Origin: Rhizaria sp. SCN 62-66
Taxonomy: Eukaryota
DNA: 38,601 nt
NCBI GenBank assembly: GCA_001724265.1
Contig: MEDY01000333.1
Coordinates: forward strand, 1 to 38,601
Direction of reading: 5' to 3'
The notes under the pieces are model-generated. The model was not told where the DNA came from, searched no databases, and worked only from the letters and a program-made list of their open reading frames with translations. The stretch's first letter is position 1. The number at the start of each line of letters is the position of its first letter. Positions 10,281 through 23,259 of the stretch are shown in pieces. The translations under genes were made by a program, and so were the position numbers.

Positions 10281-12050
10281 TTAGAGCATCATGAGCTCGC
10301 GCAGCTTGCGGTCCAGAGCAGGCATGTTGCCGTCCGTGACAGTTGCGTAGTGGATGCCCTTGCACAGCAGCTGCGGGAGCAACAACAAAAAAAAGCACGA
10401 AGATAGAACACAAAAGAGAAGCAACAAAAAAATGTAAGATCAAATCCACGAACGTAGAAATACACGAGCTTTACCTCACATCTCAGCATCAACTCACAAC
10501 AACAGCATGAAAAAATAACAACATGGAAGAAGAGTTCGAGCGTACCTTGTAAGCGGGCAGGTCGCCGCCCTCCGCAGTGGGCGTCATCTTGACGCCGTAC
10601 TCCTTGGCGATCTGCGCAACCTGCTCCGTGGTCCACCCGAACGCGGGGCCCACGGTCACGATTGCGAGCCCCGGAAAGGCGGCGTCGAGCTGCGTGGCCA
10701 GCGCCTCCGTCTGCTCACGATCGCTGCCCGTTGCGTTGGCGCTCGCGCTGGCGCTTACGCCTCCGTGCTGTCCTCCACTGCGCGCGGCCGAGGGCAGCGG
10801 GAAGAAGAGCAGCGTGTGCGTGCCGGCGCGGATGCGCGTGGCGAGGTCGGTGGGCAGCACGGCGAAGTCGCGAGACACGGGGGCCGCCGGTTTGAACACG
10901 GGCGCGCCGGTCGCGGCGGGCGCAGCGGGGTTAGACGCGACGGGTTTAGGCGCAGCAGCAGCAGGGGCAGGGGCAGCAGCAGCGGGGGCGGGAGCAGCAG
11001 CAGGGGTGGCAGAGGTGGAAGGGGCGGCAGGGTTGCCAGAGCAGTCACCGTCGAGAGTAGTGGGAACAGTTTTCGCCACTGAGCGTGGCAATTGGGGGAA
11101 AGGCAAGTGAGCGAGAGTTATCAATAAAAACCGTCATAGAGCTAATTGCAACGAACTATAACAAAACAGTCGAGCTTTTACAAGAGATATATTTGAGAGA
11201 TAATGGACAGTGATTATGGCAAGTGTTCATCTACGTACGGAGGAGGGCGTCGAGCCCGGCGGTGATGTTGTCGAGGTTGGCGCCGAGGACGCGCTGCATC
11301 TCGACGCCGCTCTGGAAGTACACGAAGGTGGGCAGCGAGGTGACGGAGAAGTTCTCGGCCACAGCCTCGAGCTCCTCGACGTCGAGCTTGGCGAACTTGA
11401 TCGTGTCGTACTTGGCGGCCAGCTTCGCGACCTCGGGGGCGACCTTGTTGCAGGGGCCGCACCACGAGGCGGAAAAGCAGACGACTACCTTGGGGTGGTT
11501 GAGCAGCGACTGGAGCTGCTCCGTCTTCTTCAGGGGGAAGACGGTGCCGGCGGGCACCTCGAGCACGACCTTGGACTTGATGCCGGTGGCGCCGACGGCC
11601 TCACCAACCTCGGCGAGGGCGTCGCCAAGCTTCTGGATCGAGGCGCCAATAATCTGGCGCACGCACTCACCCTTGGAGAAGATCTTGAAGGTGGGCATGG
11701 ACTGAATCTGCTGCTTGGCAGCGACCTCCTCGAGCTCCTCGACATCAACCTTGTAGAACGCGACGGAAGAGTTCGCCTCGGCCAGCTTCGCCAGCTCGGG
11801 GGCGATCTTCTTGCAGGGACCGCACCAGGTAGCGTAGAAGTCAATCACAGCAATCTGCTTGTTGATCGCGGAGTTAAACTCCTGTTGATAGGGGTGTGGA
11901 AAAGAAGAGGGAGAACAAAGACAAGGGGTGAGGGCGCGAAAAGGGAAGGTCGAGCCATAGAAAGACCTTGGCGCAGTACAATGAGAAAATAAAAGAGAAA
12001 TCAAGCAGAAATGCACGTACCTCCTCGGAAGAAATCTGAATCACAGACAT
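10281..12050 (-). CDS. Multi-domain thioredoxin: two WCGPC domains, a Pro/Ala linker and a possible third degenerate Trx-fold domain (exons 12050-12021, 11881-11239, 11078-10546, 10370-10281)
   Basis: DFYATWCGPCK and FSASWCGPCN motifs. Three GT-AG introns with consistent phases give a 431-aa frame ending in TAA. Confidence 0.85.
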
Positions 12051-12142
12051 TTGAAGCTCAAATGATAGCGAAATCTCACATCAAAGTCGGCGCACGAATC
12101 CTTATCTAGTTTGTGGCTGGTTGGTGGCGGCCAAATCTGAGG

Positions 12143-12155
12143 TTGCTCACGGTCA
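12143..12155 (-). promoter_or_regulatory. Copy of the motif TGACCGTGAGCAA in the divergent thioredoxin/RBBP6 intergenic region
   Basis: TTGCTCACGGTCA, an exact 13-bp match to the arms of the 7035-7073 inverted repeat. Confidence 0.5.
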
Positions 12156-12273
12156 CTTTTTGATCGTCGGTCGGTCGGCCAACGGTAGACATGACTGGTG
12201 GAGACGAGGAGCTTTCTTGAGAAAGCCTTTTGTGTGGCTGAAATTCGGTTAATAACAACCGCGTTGTACCACC

Positions 12274-15200
12274 ATGTCAGCTGGCGCCGGTGTTAACTTT
12301 ATTCAATATCGGTTTTCGGTACGTCTCCGCTCTATTGCATGCAATCTCTCCTTTGGTATCGCATCCCCCGGCCGGATCAGCACACCTTTCCGCTTCTCGT
12401 GTTTGCTTCCGTCTACCCCATCCCTCATTCTTAATCGATCTGTGTCTCTGCCTGTTGTGTGCCCCTTAGTCCGATGAGAAGAGTCCGTTCCGTGAGGTTT
12501 ACTTCCAGGGCAATGCGCTCACTGTGCTTGACATGAAGCGCGCCATTGTTGAACACAACAAGGACTCGATCACCAACGTCGAGCAATCAAATTATTCCTT
12601 CGAGAACCTTCAGAGTGGAAAGAGTACGTCATTAATCACAGTTCTAATGCAACGATCTATATAATACTACGCTTCGATATCTAATCTCTTTTATCCTGGC
12701 TCCGAGATCTTCTTTCGTAACTCACTCTTCTTTTTCTTTGCACATTTGCCCCCTCCCGACAACAGAGTACACTAAGGACGAGATGGTAATCGAGCGCAAC
12801 AGTCGCATTATTGTGAAGCGCATCCCGGCCACTAGCGGCTACAACCTTGCCCTCCGTCTTGCCGAAACGTACGTACACAGCTCCGCTGCCGCGTGACTGT
12901 ATGAGCAACGGCTCAACCTCATTAGCTGTGCTCGCCTCTCCACGCCAGTCGTCACACTTTCACCGATCCAGCAACATGACGCGCTCTGCTGCTGGACGTG
13001 CTTATGTTGGTACAGTCTGCCGTGCGAAAGGGAGAGAGCGCGAAAGAACTTACACCAGGCCTTGCGTCACGGACGCCGCTCGAGTTGTGTTGCTTCTCCC
13101 AGCTTCGCCTATTTAGAATTGATTAACTGAACTATGTTCCTCTATTTTCCATGGGTGACACCTGCAAGTCCGTCGTTGCTGCTGTTGTCCCTATTTTGCT
13201 GCTGTTGTTATTGTCGTCGCCGTCGCCGTCGTCGTTGCGTTTGTTTCACTTTTGTTACTTCAGCCGCTGTGGTTGTTTCTGCTGCCTAATGTCACTTCTG
13301 CGGGTATTCTCGTAGTATTTGCGCGTGATATGAGTTTATGCAGACGCCAGGTGTGCCGTGTATGTGTTTATATGCGAATATATAACATTCTATCATTCTT
13401 CTAATCACCACCACAATCTCTCTGCTCTGAGCGAATGTCAATGCTATGCTACTATGATGCTGGGCTTTTTCACGTTTGTGATTGCCTGTTTGCTTCAACT
13501 GTGTGCATGTGTGCTTCTTGTGTTACTGCCTGTGCTTTTGCTTCTGCTCATCCCCGTCTAAACGTGCGAAACGCTTTACGCAACACAAATGGGACATATG
13601 ATATGTGCTCCGCTGTGTTCGCGACTGTGCTTGCTTGTATGAGCATGAGCGTATAGCTGTCCTACAGTCGAACGACTCATAGATACGACCAATTTGATTC
13701 TTATAGAAAAACTGTTTTCTCAACAGCGTTTTATAACAATAACAATATAGGTGAGCTCTAGCATCACACACAAACAACAATACCAACACTCGGCCTCACA
13801 CAATCCCAACCACTGTCACCGTTCACGCTTGCATTTGCACTCTGCCAAAAGACGCGTGTGGTGATGAGCTATAAGAAGCTACTGGAAGAATTCGCTGTAT
13901 GCTCGCATACACGGGGCTTCGTCGCACTCTTGTTTACTCTCACTGCAACCGTTTTTAGCATGTCAGTGTTTGTGTGTATCTGTGCGACTGAGAGCAGTGA
14001 TGTGACCGTGAGCAATAGCTGTGACCAGGTTGAGGTCGCGGCAGACCGAAATTGAGGCGAGGATTGTGTTGGTATTGACTTGCATGTGGTATTAACACTG
14101 CAATCGCTTTGTTGCGGCAGTATCTATGACAGTAGCGCAAACATGAGCATCACCACAAAGCACAGTTGGCACAAAGTGAGATAAACTACACTTGCACAAC
14201 CACAACGTATACACGCATAAGCATAAGTTCGTGCTTTGATCACTTGTGGAGGAGGGCTCACATGACAAAATAGCCTGTTACGTTCAGCAACAATGCCAAC
14301 AGAAGCCCTCACAGCAGCGATGACGATATTAACGACGACAACATGCAGCAACGACAACGACAGGTTTAACAAGCATTCGCAACATTGCCTTGGTGTATAT
14401 CCCATTTATAAACTCATACTCCAATCTCTTACTTGAACACTGTTTCTCTATAATTACTAACTATAATAGGAGCCAAAATGCTGGCACGCTGACGGCGGCC
14501 ATCGGCGGCGCTTCGGTGCCTTTCGTGGCGCCCGGCTTTAACCCCACGCCGGCGCAGATCGGCCGCACGGGCCCCGTGTCGCGCCTGCTGCCCGGCGAGG
14601 GCGCCGCGCCCACCAAGGAGGAGCTCGTCAAGCTCGCAGGCATCGATTGTAAGTCCCACAACACGAAATCAATTTAAATAGGAATATGGCGTTATAATTT
14701 ATGCACAGTGTGCTATTGTGCCTGTTTGTTATTTTAGTTTGTCCTTTTTTAGAGAAATGCGTCTAATAAGAACTCAAATCTCACAAACACATGTCTGTCA
14801 CCCTTTGCTTATTTGCCTTTCTTCCACAGCGTCGATGCAAACCGACGAGGCGCTGGCTCTAGTGCAGGCTGGCGGCGGCTTCGGCGCCAACCGCGCCCCG
14901 CGCGACGCGCAGGCGCAGTACCTCGCAAAGCAGGAGGCCTACAAGCACGCCCCCCACGTACGTCTCTTGAAACTTTATCAGCAATTGCTTCAATACGCTG
15001 GTTGAAAAAATACTACGATGTGATTGCTCTGAAACTTGCATCTATTGTGCTAACTGTAATATGTTGCGACATACCTAAATTCAATCTCTCACCAATCTCG
15101 TTTCGTGTGGTATATTTCATTTATCCTGTTCTAGGAGAGCTACCGGTGCAAGCGGTGCATGCTGCCGGGCCATTGGCTCAAGAACTGCCCCACGAACGGC

Positions 15201-17480
15201 GACTCGTCCTTCGACCTCCGCCCCGGAGACCAGCCCAGCCCCGGGCTGCTGGCCTCGGGCGTGCTCGCGACGCTGCAGCAGCAGCACCAGCAGCAGGGCG
15301 GCGGCGCGCCCGGCCCCGACGGCACCGCGGGCGCGCCGGGAGGGCTGGGCATGTACGGGCTCGGCGGCGGTCGCGGGGGCGTGCCCGCGGCGGGCAAGCC
15401 CAAGATCGTCACCACGGACCTCGACCCCATCACCGGTCTCCCGGTGGGCTATGACGCCGACGCTGACGCCGACGCCGACGGCGGTGCGCCTTTCCGGCCC
15501 GGGGGCGCCGGCGCGGGCGTCCCGGGCTTCAGCAGCTCGGCCAGCAGCATCGCCGTGGCGGGGATCAAGCCGCGGTTCATCTGCGCTGTGTGCGCGCGCT
15601 TGCTGGACCAGCCGCTCGTGACGCCCTGCTGCTACGGAAGCGCGTGCGCGGCCTGTCTCGCGGGCGCGCTCAACCGCACAGGATGCTGCCCTTGCTGCTC
15701 GCAGCCGCTGCAGCCCGGCACGGCCAAGGCGCACAGCGTGCTCGAGGGCGAGATGGCCGAGTGGCGCCGCGGGCTCAGCACCGACGACACCGCGCTCGCG
15801 GCGCTCAGGCTCACGGTCACGGAGATCGTTGCGCTCGCGCGGCAGAACCAGAGTCAACAGCAGCTGCAGATGCAGCAGCAGCAGCGCGGCGGCGGCGGCT
15901 ACAATAGCGGCTATCAGGGGAACAACTATAACAGTAACTACAACAACGCGAACCCACGCACCTATGGCAACAACCAGAACCAGGGCGGGTTCAACAGCCA
16001 GAGCAACCCCCGGTTCAACAACAACCCTGGCTACAACAACAACAGGTTCAACAACAACAACAACAACAACAACCCTGGCTTCAACAACAATAACAACAGG
16101 TTCCAGCAGCAGGGTGGCTACCAGCAGCGTTATAATAACAACAACACCTACGGCAATAACAACTACGATAGCAACGACGGGAACATCAACAATAACAACG
16201 ACGCCTCAGACTTTGTTGCCTCTGTGCCTTCTGCCGACGACGTTTACAACGGCGCCAACACGGACTCGAGCTCGAGCTCTGGCGCTGGCGCTGGAGCTAG
16301 CGCTGGCACTGATGGTTCTGTCCCGGCAATTGCGGCTGCTGGCGCTGATGTCAGCCGCAGCGGCAGCAGCGGCACCGACGGGGCCCCCGCCCCTGCCGAT
16401 GCCGACAACAGCTACAGCGGCGGCGGCAACTATGACGGTGGCAACTACGACGGTGACTCCGACTCCGGTGCCGCGCCCGGCTCTGGCGCCGGTCCCAGTG
16501 ACCACGTGGGGGGCCCCGGCGCCCACGGTTACCCCGCCGGTCCCGGTGGCGCCCCTGCCCCTGCCCACGGTCACGGGCCTGCTCAAGGTCAGTTCGGCGG
16601 CCCTCCGCAGCAGTTCCAGCACCGGAGCGAGCTCAAGTGTTTCCACTGCGGCGGCTCGGGCCACATCGCGCGCTTTTGCTTCCAGAACCCGCAGAACCCA
16701 AACAACAAGCTGCACTTGATGAACCGCGGCGGCGGCGTCGGCGGCATCGGCGGTGGCGGCGTCGGCGGTGGCGGCTACAACAACTACAACAACCAACAAC
16801 AGCCGCCTCATCAGCATCAGCATCAGCAGCAACAGCAACAGCAACAGACAGGGCCTGGTCCGCAGCAACAGCAGCAGCCGTATCAGCAGCAGGGACCTGG
16901 TCCGCAGCAAGGCGGTGCTTACGGTAGTAACACCAACTACAACAATCGCGGCCCTAACAACAGCTACAACAACTACCCTCAGGGCGGCTACAACAATAAC
17001 CAGGGCCCACGCAACTACAACAACCCGCCTCCGCAGCAGCCGGGGCAGGGTCCGCGGCAGGGACAGGGTGGTTTCAGCAACAACTATAACAACAACTACA
17101 ACAACCGCCCTCCTCAGCAGCAGCCTTACAACAACAACTACAACGATCAGGGCCCTCGCCAGCCGTATCATAACAACAACAGCAACCGCGGACCCCCGCC
17201 TGGTGCCCACGGTCCCCAGGGCCAAGGCCCTGCACACAGCCACCAAGGGCCGGCCCACGGGCCGGCCCACGGTCACTCCGCCCACGGTCACCACCACGAC
17301 GACTCGCGCTACGTCTCGGAGCGCTACAGCGGCGGCGGCAATGTCGGTCCTCCGCGCGACCGTGGCGACCGTGACCGCGACTACGCCTCCAGCAGCAGTT
17401 TGGGCGGCAACGAGGGGCCTCGCAGGACGATCGTGACGAACCGCGGCGGCAACTTCAGCGGTCCTGGCAACGCCAACTAA
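12274..17480 (+). CDS. RBBP6: RBBP6/Mpe1-like cleavage-polyadenylation factor: DWNN, zinc knuckle, RING, N/Q/G-rich tail with a second knuckle (exons 12274-12318, 12470-12623, 12766-12868, 14470-14648, 14830-14957, 15135-17480)
   Basis: DWNN: IQYRFS..LTVLDMKRAI..YTKDEMVIERNSRIIVKRIP. Knuckle YRCKRCMLPGHWLKNCPTNGD. RING CAVC..TPCC..CAAC..CPCC. Second knuckle CFHCGGSGHIARFC. Five phase-consistent introns, 984 aa, TAA stop. Confidence 0.88.
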
Positions 17481-18228
17481 GCCGCTGGTGGACAGCTGGC
17501 CAGCAACGAGGGCGCTGACACGCCAGTCGCAGTCCAAGTCGGCGAAGATTGGACGAGATATGGCGCAGATAGAGTCGCATCTAAAGCGATTCCGACTTAA
17601 ATAATAATATATTTTGTATGTAGCTCTATATTTTATGGCGAATATTTACGTAGAAGACCGATAAGGGTGTCAAATCGCAACAAATACATATTCTGTACTC
17701 ACTAAGTTCAAACATTTTTTCGGAACCACCGGCCAGGGGAAAGAAAGCCGCATGTTGGTAACGGCTCACAAGCGAGTGCGAAGTTTGCCGGTCAGTCGCA
17801 GATATCTTAGTCGTATAGGGATTTAATTGGAAGGTCGTAATATCGACTATGTGGGTTATTTATTCCTTGCTTTCTCTGCGCGATTCACGGACACCAGCGT
17901 GTGATAGAGCCTACTTTTTGCTCCCTATGAGGGGACTGCCCTGCTCCACTTTGAAACGGACTCTTATACCCTCCAGTGTTCTATAGCTGTACAGAAATGC
18001 CATATATTGGTGTTTTATATGTATCAATATCTCTGACCTCGCCTTCTATGAGCTTCTTCGGTTGCTGCTGCTCTTGATTTGCCTGCTTCTATGAGCGCGA
18101 GCCTCACTCTCCTCATTCAAACCCACTTCGCTCACCGCTTCCATCTTGCTCCTCTTGTGACTCGCCCTTAATTCCCTTCGCCCTCTCCGTGCTTCGCCCG
18201 TGTTCTAGGCTGCCCGTCCTGCCCTCCG

Positions 18229-21200
18229 ATGAGTGACGCAGGCGACGACGAGCAGTACAACGCCGCGGCCGCGGCGGCGGGGAGCCGTCCTGGCTCTGCC
18301 TCTGTCCAGAGGAGCCAAGCCGGCAGCAACTCCAACGCCGACAACGCCGCGGCCAACGACGACGCCGGCTTCGACGCTGAAGACAACGACGACAACAACG
18401 CCGACGCCGCTGCCGCCCCCGCGGCTGACTCGGAGTTCGACGCTGAGCCTGAGGCTGCCAACGACGCTGCTGATGTGGAACAGGAGGAGGCTCCTGCCGC
18501 AGCCGGCGGCGAGGCCGTCGTGCCTGAGCCCGGCTTCGACGCCGAGGACGACGACGACGCCGCCGTCGCTGCGGACGACCACGACGATGACGATGGCGCC
18601 GCCGCTGCCGAATCCGCTGCCCCCGCTGACAACAACAACGACGACGAAGGCTTCGACGCTGAAGATGACGACAACGATCACGCTGCCGCCGCTGCGGGCA
18701 GCAAGCCCGGCTCCGCCGCTGGCTCGCGCCCCCGCACCGCCGCCTCGCAGGCCGCGTCCCGCCCCGGCACCAGCAACAAGGCCTCCCACGCCGACGCCGG
18801 CGGTGACGGTGACCATGAGCCCGCGCAGGAGGAAGAGGAGGAAGACGACGGCATTGACCCCGCGGCGTCGCGCTCGATCCAGGACCCGAACTACGTGCCC
18901 GTGGCGTTCAACGACGACGAGGACGACCTGATGCTCTTCGGAATCCCCGCGCTGCCCGAGGACACGCTGGACCAGCTGCAGCACGTGACGCGCGAGGTCG
19001 CTGCGGCCGAGCTGCCCGACCGCCTCGCGCAGCTGCGCATGGAGCTCGAGGACCAGACGATCATGGTCGGCACGGTCTCGCTCGACGACGTGAAGCTTGA
19101 GGAGGCGTCGCTGGAGAAGGACCGCATCGCGAGCGTGCAGGCCGACCTCGCGCGGCACCAGAAGCGTGAGCAGGACCTCCTCGCGCGCGAGCTCGACGCG
19201 CGCAAGCGGCTTAACGCCGAGCGCCAGACGTCAGTGCTGGAAGACCGCGAGGAGGCGATGGCTGTGATCGCGCGCTCGATGATCTCGACGCGCGAGCAGC
19301 AGACGGCGTTCCGCAAGGCCGAGGAGCGGCTCAAGGCCGTACTGCGCGACGAGCAAGCCACCGTTGACGTAGAGTTCGGCAACCTGGGCGAGGACACGAG
19401 CGGCGTCAAGGGCCGCCGCTACGCCGTCAACTGGGACAACGCGCCGCGCCTCGTGTGCGTCAAGAACATGGTGCTGCGCGCCGTCAAGAACAAGCTTCTC
19501 CCGGGCCGCTATGTGATGCTCGTGACGCTGTTCGACCGGCTGGGCGGCGTGCCGCTCAAGTGGTCCAAGCTCAAGGACTTCAACTACTTCCACCGCACGC
19601 GCAACCCGGTGCGGCACAACGGCCGCTTTCACGACATCGAGATCAGCTTCAAGCAGCGCATCAACAAGGTGTTCCTCGCGTGCCCGAGCAAGAACGACAC
19701 GACGCCGTCGATGTGTTTCGTGTTTGAGCTCTTCCAGATCCGCAACTCTGGCCTCAGCAAGACCGACAAGGTTGTCGCTTGGGGCGCGTTTCCGCTTGCG
19801 GACCCCACATTTGACGTCATCAAGGGCTACTTCAAGGTGCCGCTGCTGCGCGGCGAAATGGACCCGTCGATCGACCGGTACGAGGAACTGGAGCACCGCA
19901 TGGCGTCCAACGTCGACAACTGGCTGTGCAACCTCTACTTCACTGTGGAACACTGGCCGCGGTACATGAACGGCCGCCGCGAGTACGACGTCGAGCTCAA
20001 GTTCACGCACGACCTCTTGCGTCTGCCCGAGCACACCGCGGCGGGCCCGACCAAGATGGCGCTGCTGGGCGACGACGACGACGAGCTGCTCGACGACGAC
20101 GACGAGGCCTCGGGAGGCTGGAAGGGCCTCTGGGGCAACACGCAGGCCGGCGCCGCCGCCAACGCCGCGCTCCACGGCCCCGCCAACCGCGGTAACAACG
20201 CCGCCGCGGCCGATAACGGCATCGACAGCATCATCCGCGGCCTCAACAGCAACGGCAGCGGCGGCAACTCGGCCACTGAGTCCCTCCGCAGCCCCTACGG
20301 CGGCGCTGGCAGCGACGGCAGCGGCGGCGCGGGCTCCGGCGCCGTCTTCGGCGGCGTCGGCGCGGGCGACCCGGGCAAGAACCGCAACTTCGACGTCATG
20401 ATGTCGCTCGACAAGCTCCGCGCCCCCGAAGACGACGCCGCCAGCCCGACCAACGGCGCTGGCGCGGGCAACGCGGCGGACAAGGACGGCGCCGTGAGCA
20501 CGCTGCTGGGCGATGATGGCATGGTCAAGGGCCGCACGGCGGACGAGTTCCTCGCGAAGCTCTCCAAGTCGGTCAAGCCCGCCGTGCACTCGGTCAAGAC
20601 GCGCCGCCGTGCAGCGCCCATGGACATCTTCCAGGTACGTCCTCGCATCGGCTATCACTAAATTGCCTATTTGACAGCATGTATCGCACCATTAAAGACT
20701 CAACTCTATTATGTCACCGTCACTTTTATATCAATGCTCACGTACACCTTGCTTTTTGTACTCTCTTTGCTTAAAAAACTCCCCAGGACTTGGACGCCGA
20801 GGAGGAGGCCGAGGCGGACCTGATGAAGAAGAAGCGCGACGAGGAGCGGCTGGCCGAGACGCGCCGACAGACGCGCCTGCTGCAGAAGTACCGCTACTCG
20901 ATCGCGGACCCGCACACAGACGTGCAGACGGACCCCATGGCGGAGAAGCTGCGCTACCTGCGCGGCGAGCTTAAGGCTGACGTGGGCTGCCACCGTTTCG
21001 GCTCGTTCGAGTTCTGGTCGTTCGCGCTCATCTTCTTCATGATGCTGTGGCTGCGCATCTACACGCATTACTTGGCGCAGTACCTCTTCGTCGAGGGCAA
21101 CGACGTCGTCGTTACATCGTTCGACATCAAGGCCTACATGTGCATCACGCGCTACAACGAGGCAACCGCAGACCTGGCCGTGCAGATAGGCGCCTCCATC

Positions 21201-22175
21201 ATAGGCACAGTCGCCAACGCGGCCATTTTCCTCATTCTGATGCTCTTCGCGTGGATGGTGCAGCTCGGCACGCGCGTGTTCCCAGACACCTTCTCGCGCA
21301 TCCTGCTCTCGTGGGGCATCGTCACGATGCTCGACCCGCTGCTCATCCTGCTCGTCGACCTCTGCTCAGAGAACTGGGCCCACGGCGACGCATTCAAGCT
21401 CTACCACTACTACCTACGCACCGAGGGCAACGGTGTGCCGGGCGTGCTGCTCACCATCGCCATCTTCCTCTTCGCCATGGTCGTCTGCATGTTCTTGCTC
21501 TACCAATACCTGCTCTTCCTGCACGCCAACGGCCGCATCCTCGACCTCTACTCGCGTATCCACGGCGACGACGGGAACTTTTTCATCCCGCAGGACTTCG
21601 AGCTGTCGCTGCGCACGCTGCGGTGGATCATCACCAAGGAGCGCCGCTCCGCCACGGGCGCGCTGCACACCAAGAGCAAGATCTCGGTCACGTCCTACAC
21701 CGTGCGCGACCACCTGGACCCCACCTTCAAGGCGACGACGATGCACCTGGCCATCTTCAAGCAGCCCTTCAACGGCGAGGAGCAGCTCTACCGGCACTTC
21801 GTGCGCCAGCCCGACGGCGCGATCCTCGAGGTCTTCGACAACGTCGAGGCCGTCGGTATGGACGAGTACAAGAAGCTCGAGGAGCGCTTCGCGCAGAAGA
21901 ACGCAGGCGACGCGGGCGCGGAGCACAGTGCCAGCCACCCGGGCGGCGTAGTGCGCCGCGGCGGCCAGAACGGCGCCGGCACGCCGCTCCACGCGCCCAG
22001 CGCCGCGGGCGGAAGTAATCCTTTCGGCGAGGCCAACAAGGGCAAGTTCGGCTCCGCGGCGAGCCAGATGAAGAACAACGCGACGCAGCTGGGCAACGAG
22101 ATGCAGAACGGCGGCAACGTCGGCGCGAGCGGCCGTGGCGGCAGGCTCCAGTCCCTCTCCGAGCAGGGCTATTGA
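18229..22175 (+). CDS. OFCC1/ojoplano-like protein: acidic N-terminus, coiled coil, conserved core, about four C-terminal TM helices (exons 18229-20634, 20787-22175)
   Basis: Core LRAVKNKLLPGRYVMLVTLFDRLGG..FVFELF..DKVVAWGAFP..KVPLLRGEMD..WLCNLYF resembles OFCC1 homologues as I recall them. Hydrophobic helices lie in exon 2. Phase-0 GTACGT..CAG intron; TGA stop. The CDS is solid, the family name less so. Confidence 0.7.
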
Positions 22176-22795
22176 GCGCGCGGATGCAGTGCAGTTGTGT
22201 CGTACTCGTGTGATGTAACACGTGCTGTGCTGCTGGACTGGTGAACAAGTGAGTGATCTTTCTTGTTTGACATGACTTCTTTAGTTTAGTTTCGTTTAGT
22301 TTAGTGTTGTTCCGATTTTGTGCTGTGTGTAGTGTGCTTCCCCACTGCCAGGGTCAGTGAGGCCAATAATAAGGCTGGCCTCGCTTGTTTTGCTTTGATT
22401 TTGTTTTGTTTTCTTCTCTGTGTTTTGAGTCGCAGCTCAGCCCATATGCATGGTGTGTTCTGCTTTGTTGCAGTTGCCGCCGTGATGCTGTTATGTTGTG
22501 GCTGCTACGCAGTTTAACCTGACCTGGCTGGCAGGCTGATAACCTTCGCTTCAGTTTCATTTAAAAAAAATCATAGATACATAATAATCTTAAACCACTT
22601 GACCTAGTATATTTCCGAACAATTGCGACCACCTAGATGGCTTAATGGCAGTTACTGGTAAGTCTCTCCTCGTCAGAGGTTCGTAAAAATATCGCCGACG
22701 AATCGCTTTTGGGACTGGCACCACGCTGGGTCATCGGAGTTAAGTCGTGGTTGATCTGTTTCGCTTTTTCTTAGGAAAAACCTTCGTTGAAACCC

Positions 22796-23259
22796 ATGTC
22801 TGTCAACCTCATCTCTTCTGCCGACGTACGTAGATCACTCCCACAATTGCACACATCCATCAACGAACATTACTCTCCTCAAATGCATCTTGATCTCGCG
22901 CCGAGTCCTGAACCACTTTGCATCTCACGCCGCCTCCTCCGTCGTTGCTGTTCGTCGCTTTGCCCCTTCCACAGGACTTCAAGACCGCTACCGCGGACAA
23001 GTCCCTTTCCGTCGTTGACTTCTACGCGACTTGGTGCGGCCCCTGCAAGGCTGTCGCGCCCAAGCTCGCCGCGCTCGCCGCCGAGACCACTTCCGTTAAG
23101 TTCTACAAGATGGACGTCGACGAGGTCGAGGACGTCGCCGAGGCCGAGGGCGTCAACGCGCTCCCCACCTTCAAGCTCTACAAGGACGGCAAGTGCGTCG
23201 CCACCTCGCAGGGTGCCAACATTGAGGCCATCAAGGCCAACATTGCCAAGTTCGCGTAA
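22796..23259 (+). CDS. Thioredoxin, 104 aa (exons 22796-22825, 22975-23259)
   Basis: VVDFYATWCGPCK and ALPTF motifs; GTACGT..CAG intron; TAA stop. Confidence 0.93.

Noticed and set aside
11231-11233. TAG ending the thioredoxin ORF 11231-12016, a possible counter-example to UAG reassignment
   Set aside because: It lies inside an intron (donor GTACGTAG at 11238); the spliced gene ends in TAA at 10281. This depends on my exon model.
13861-13991. Possible C/D-box snoRNA (GTGATGA...CTGA) in the long RBBP6 intron
   Set aside because: No terminal stem or recognisable guide; the motifs are short enough to occur by chance.
15860-17200. AAC/CAG/GCA triplet runs as a CRISPR-like or satellite array
   Set aside because: They are coding homopolymer tracts (poly-N, Q, A) with no repeat-spacer structure.
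22631-22690. Pol III A-box-like TGGCTTAATGG plus GGTTCG, as a possible (suppressor) tRNA
   Set aside because: No acceptor stem or cloverleaf can be formed and the B box is incomplete. I saw no tRNA in the window.
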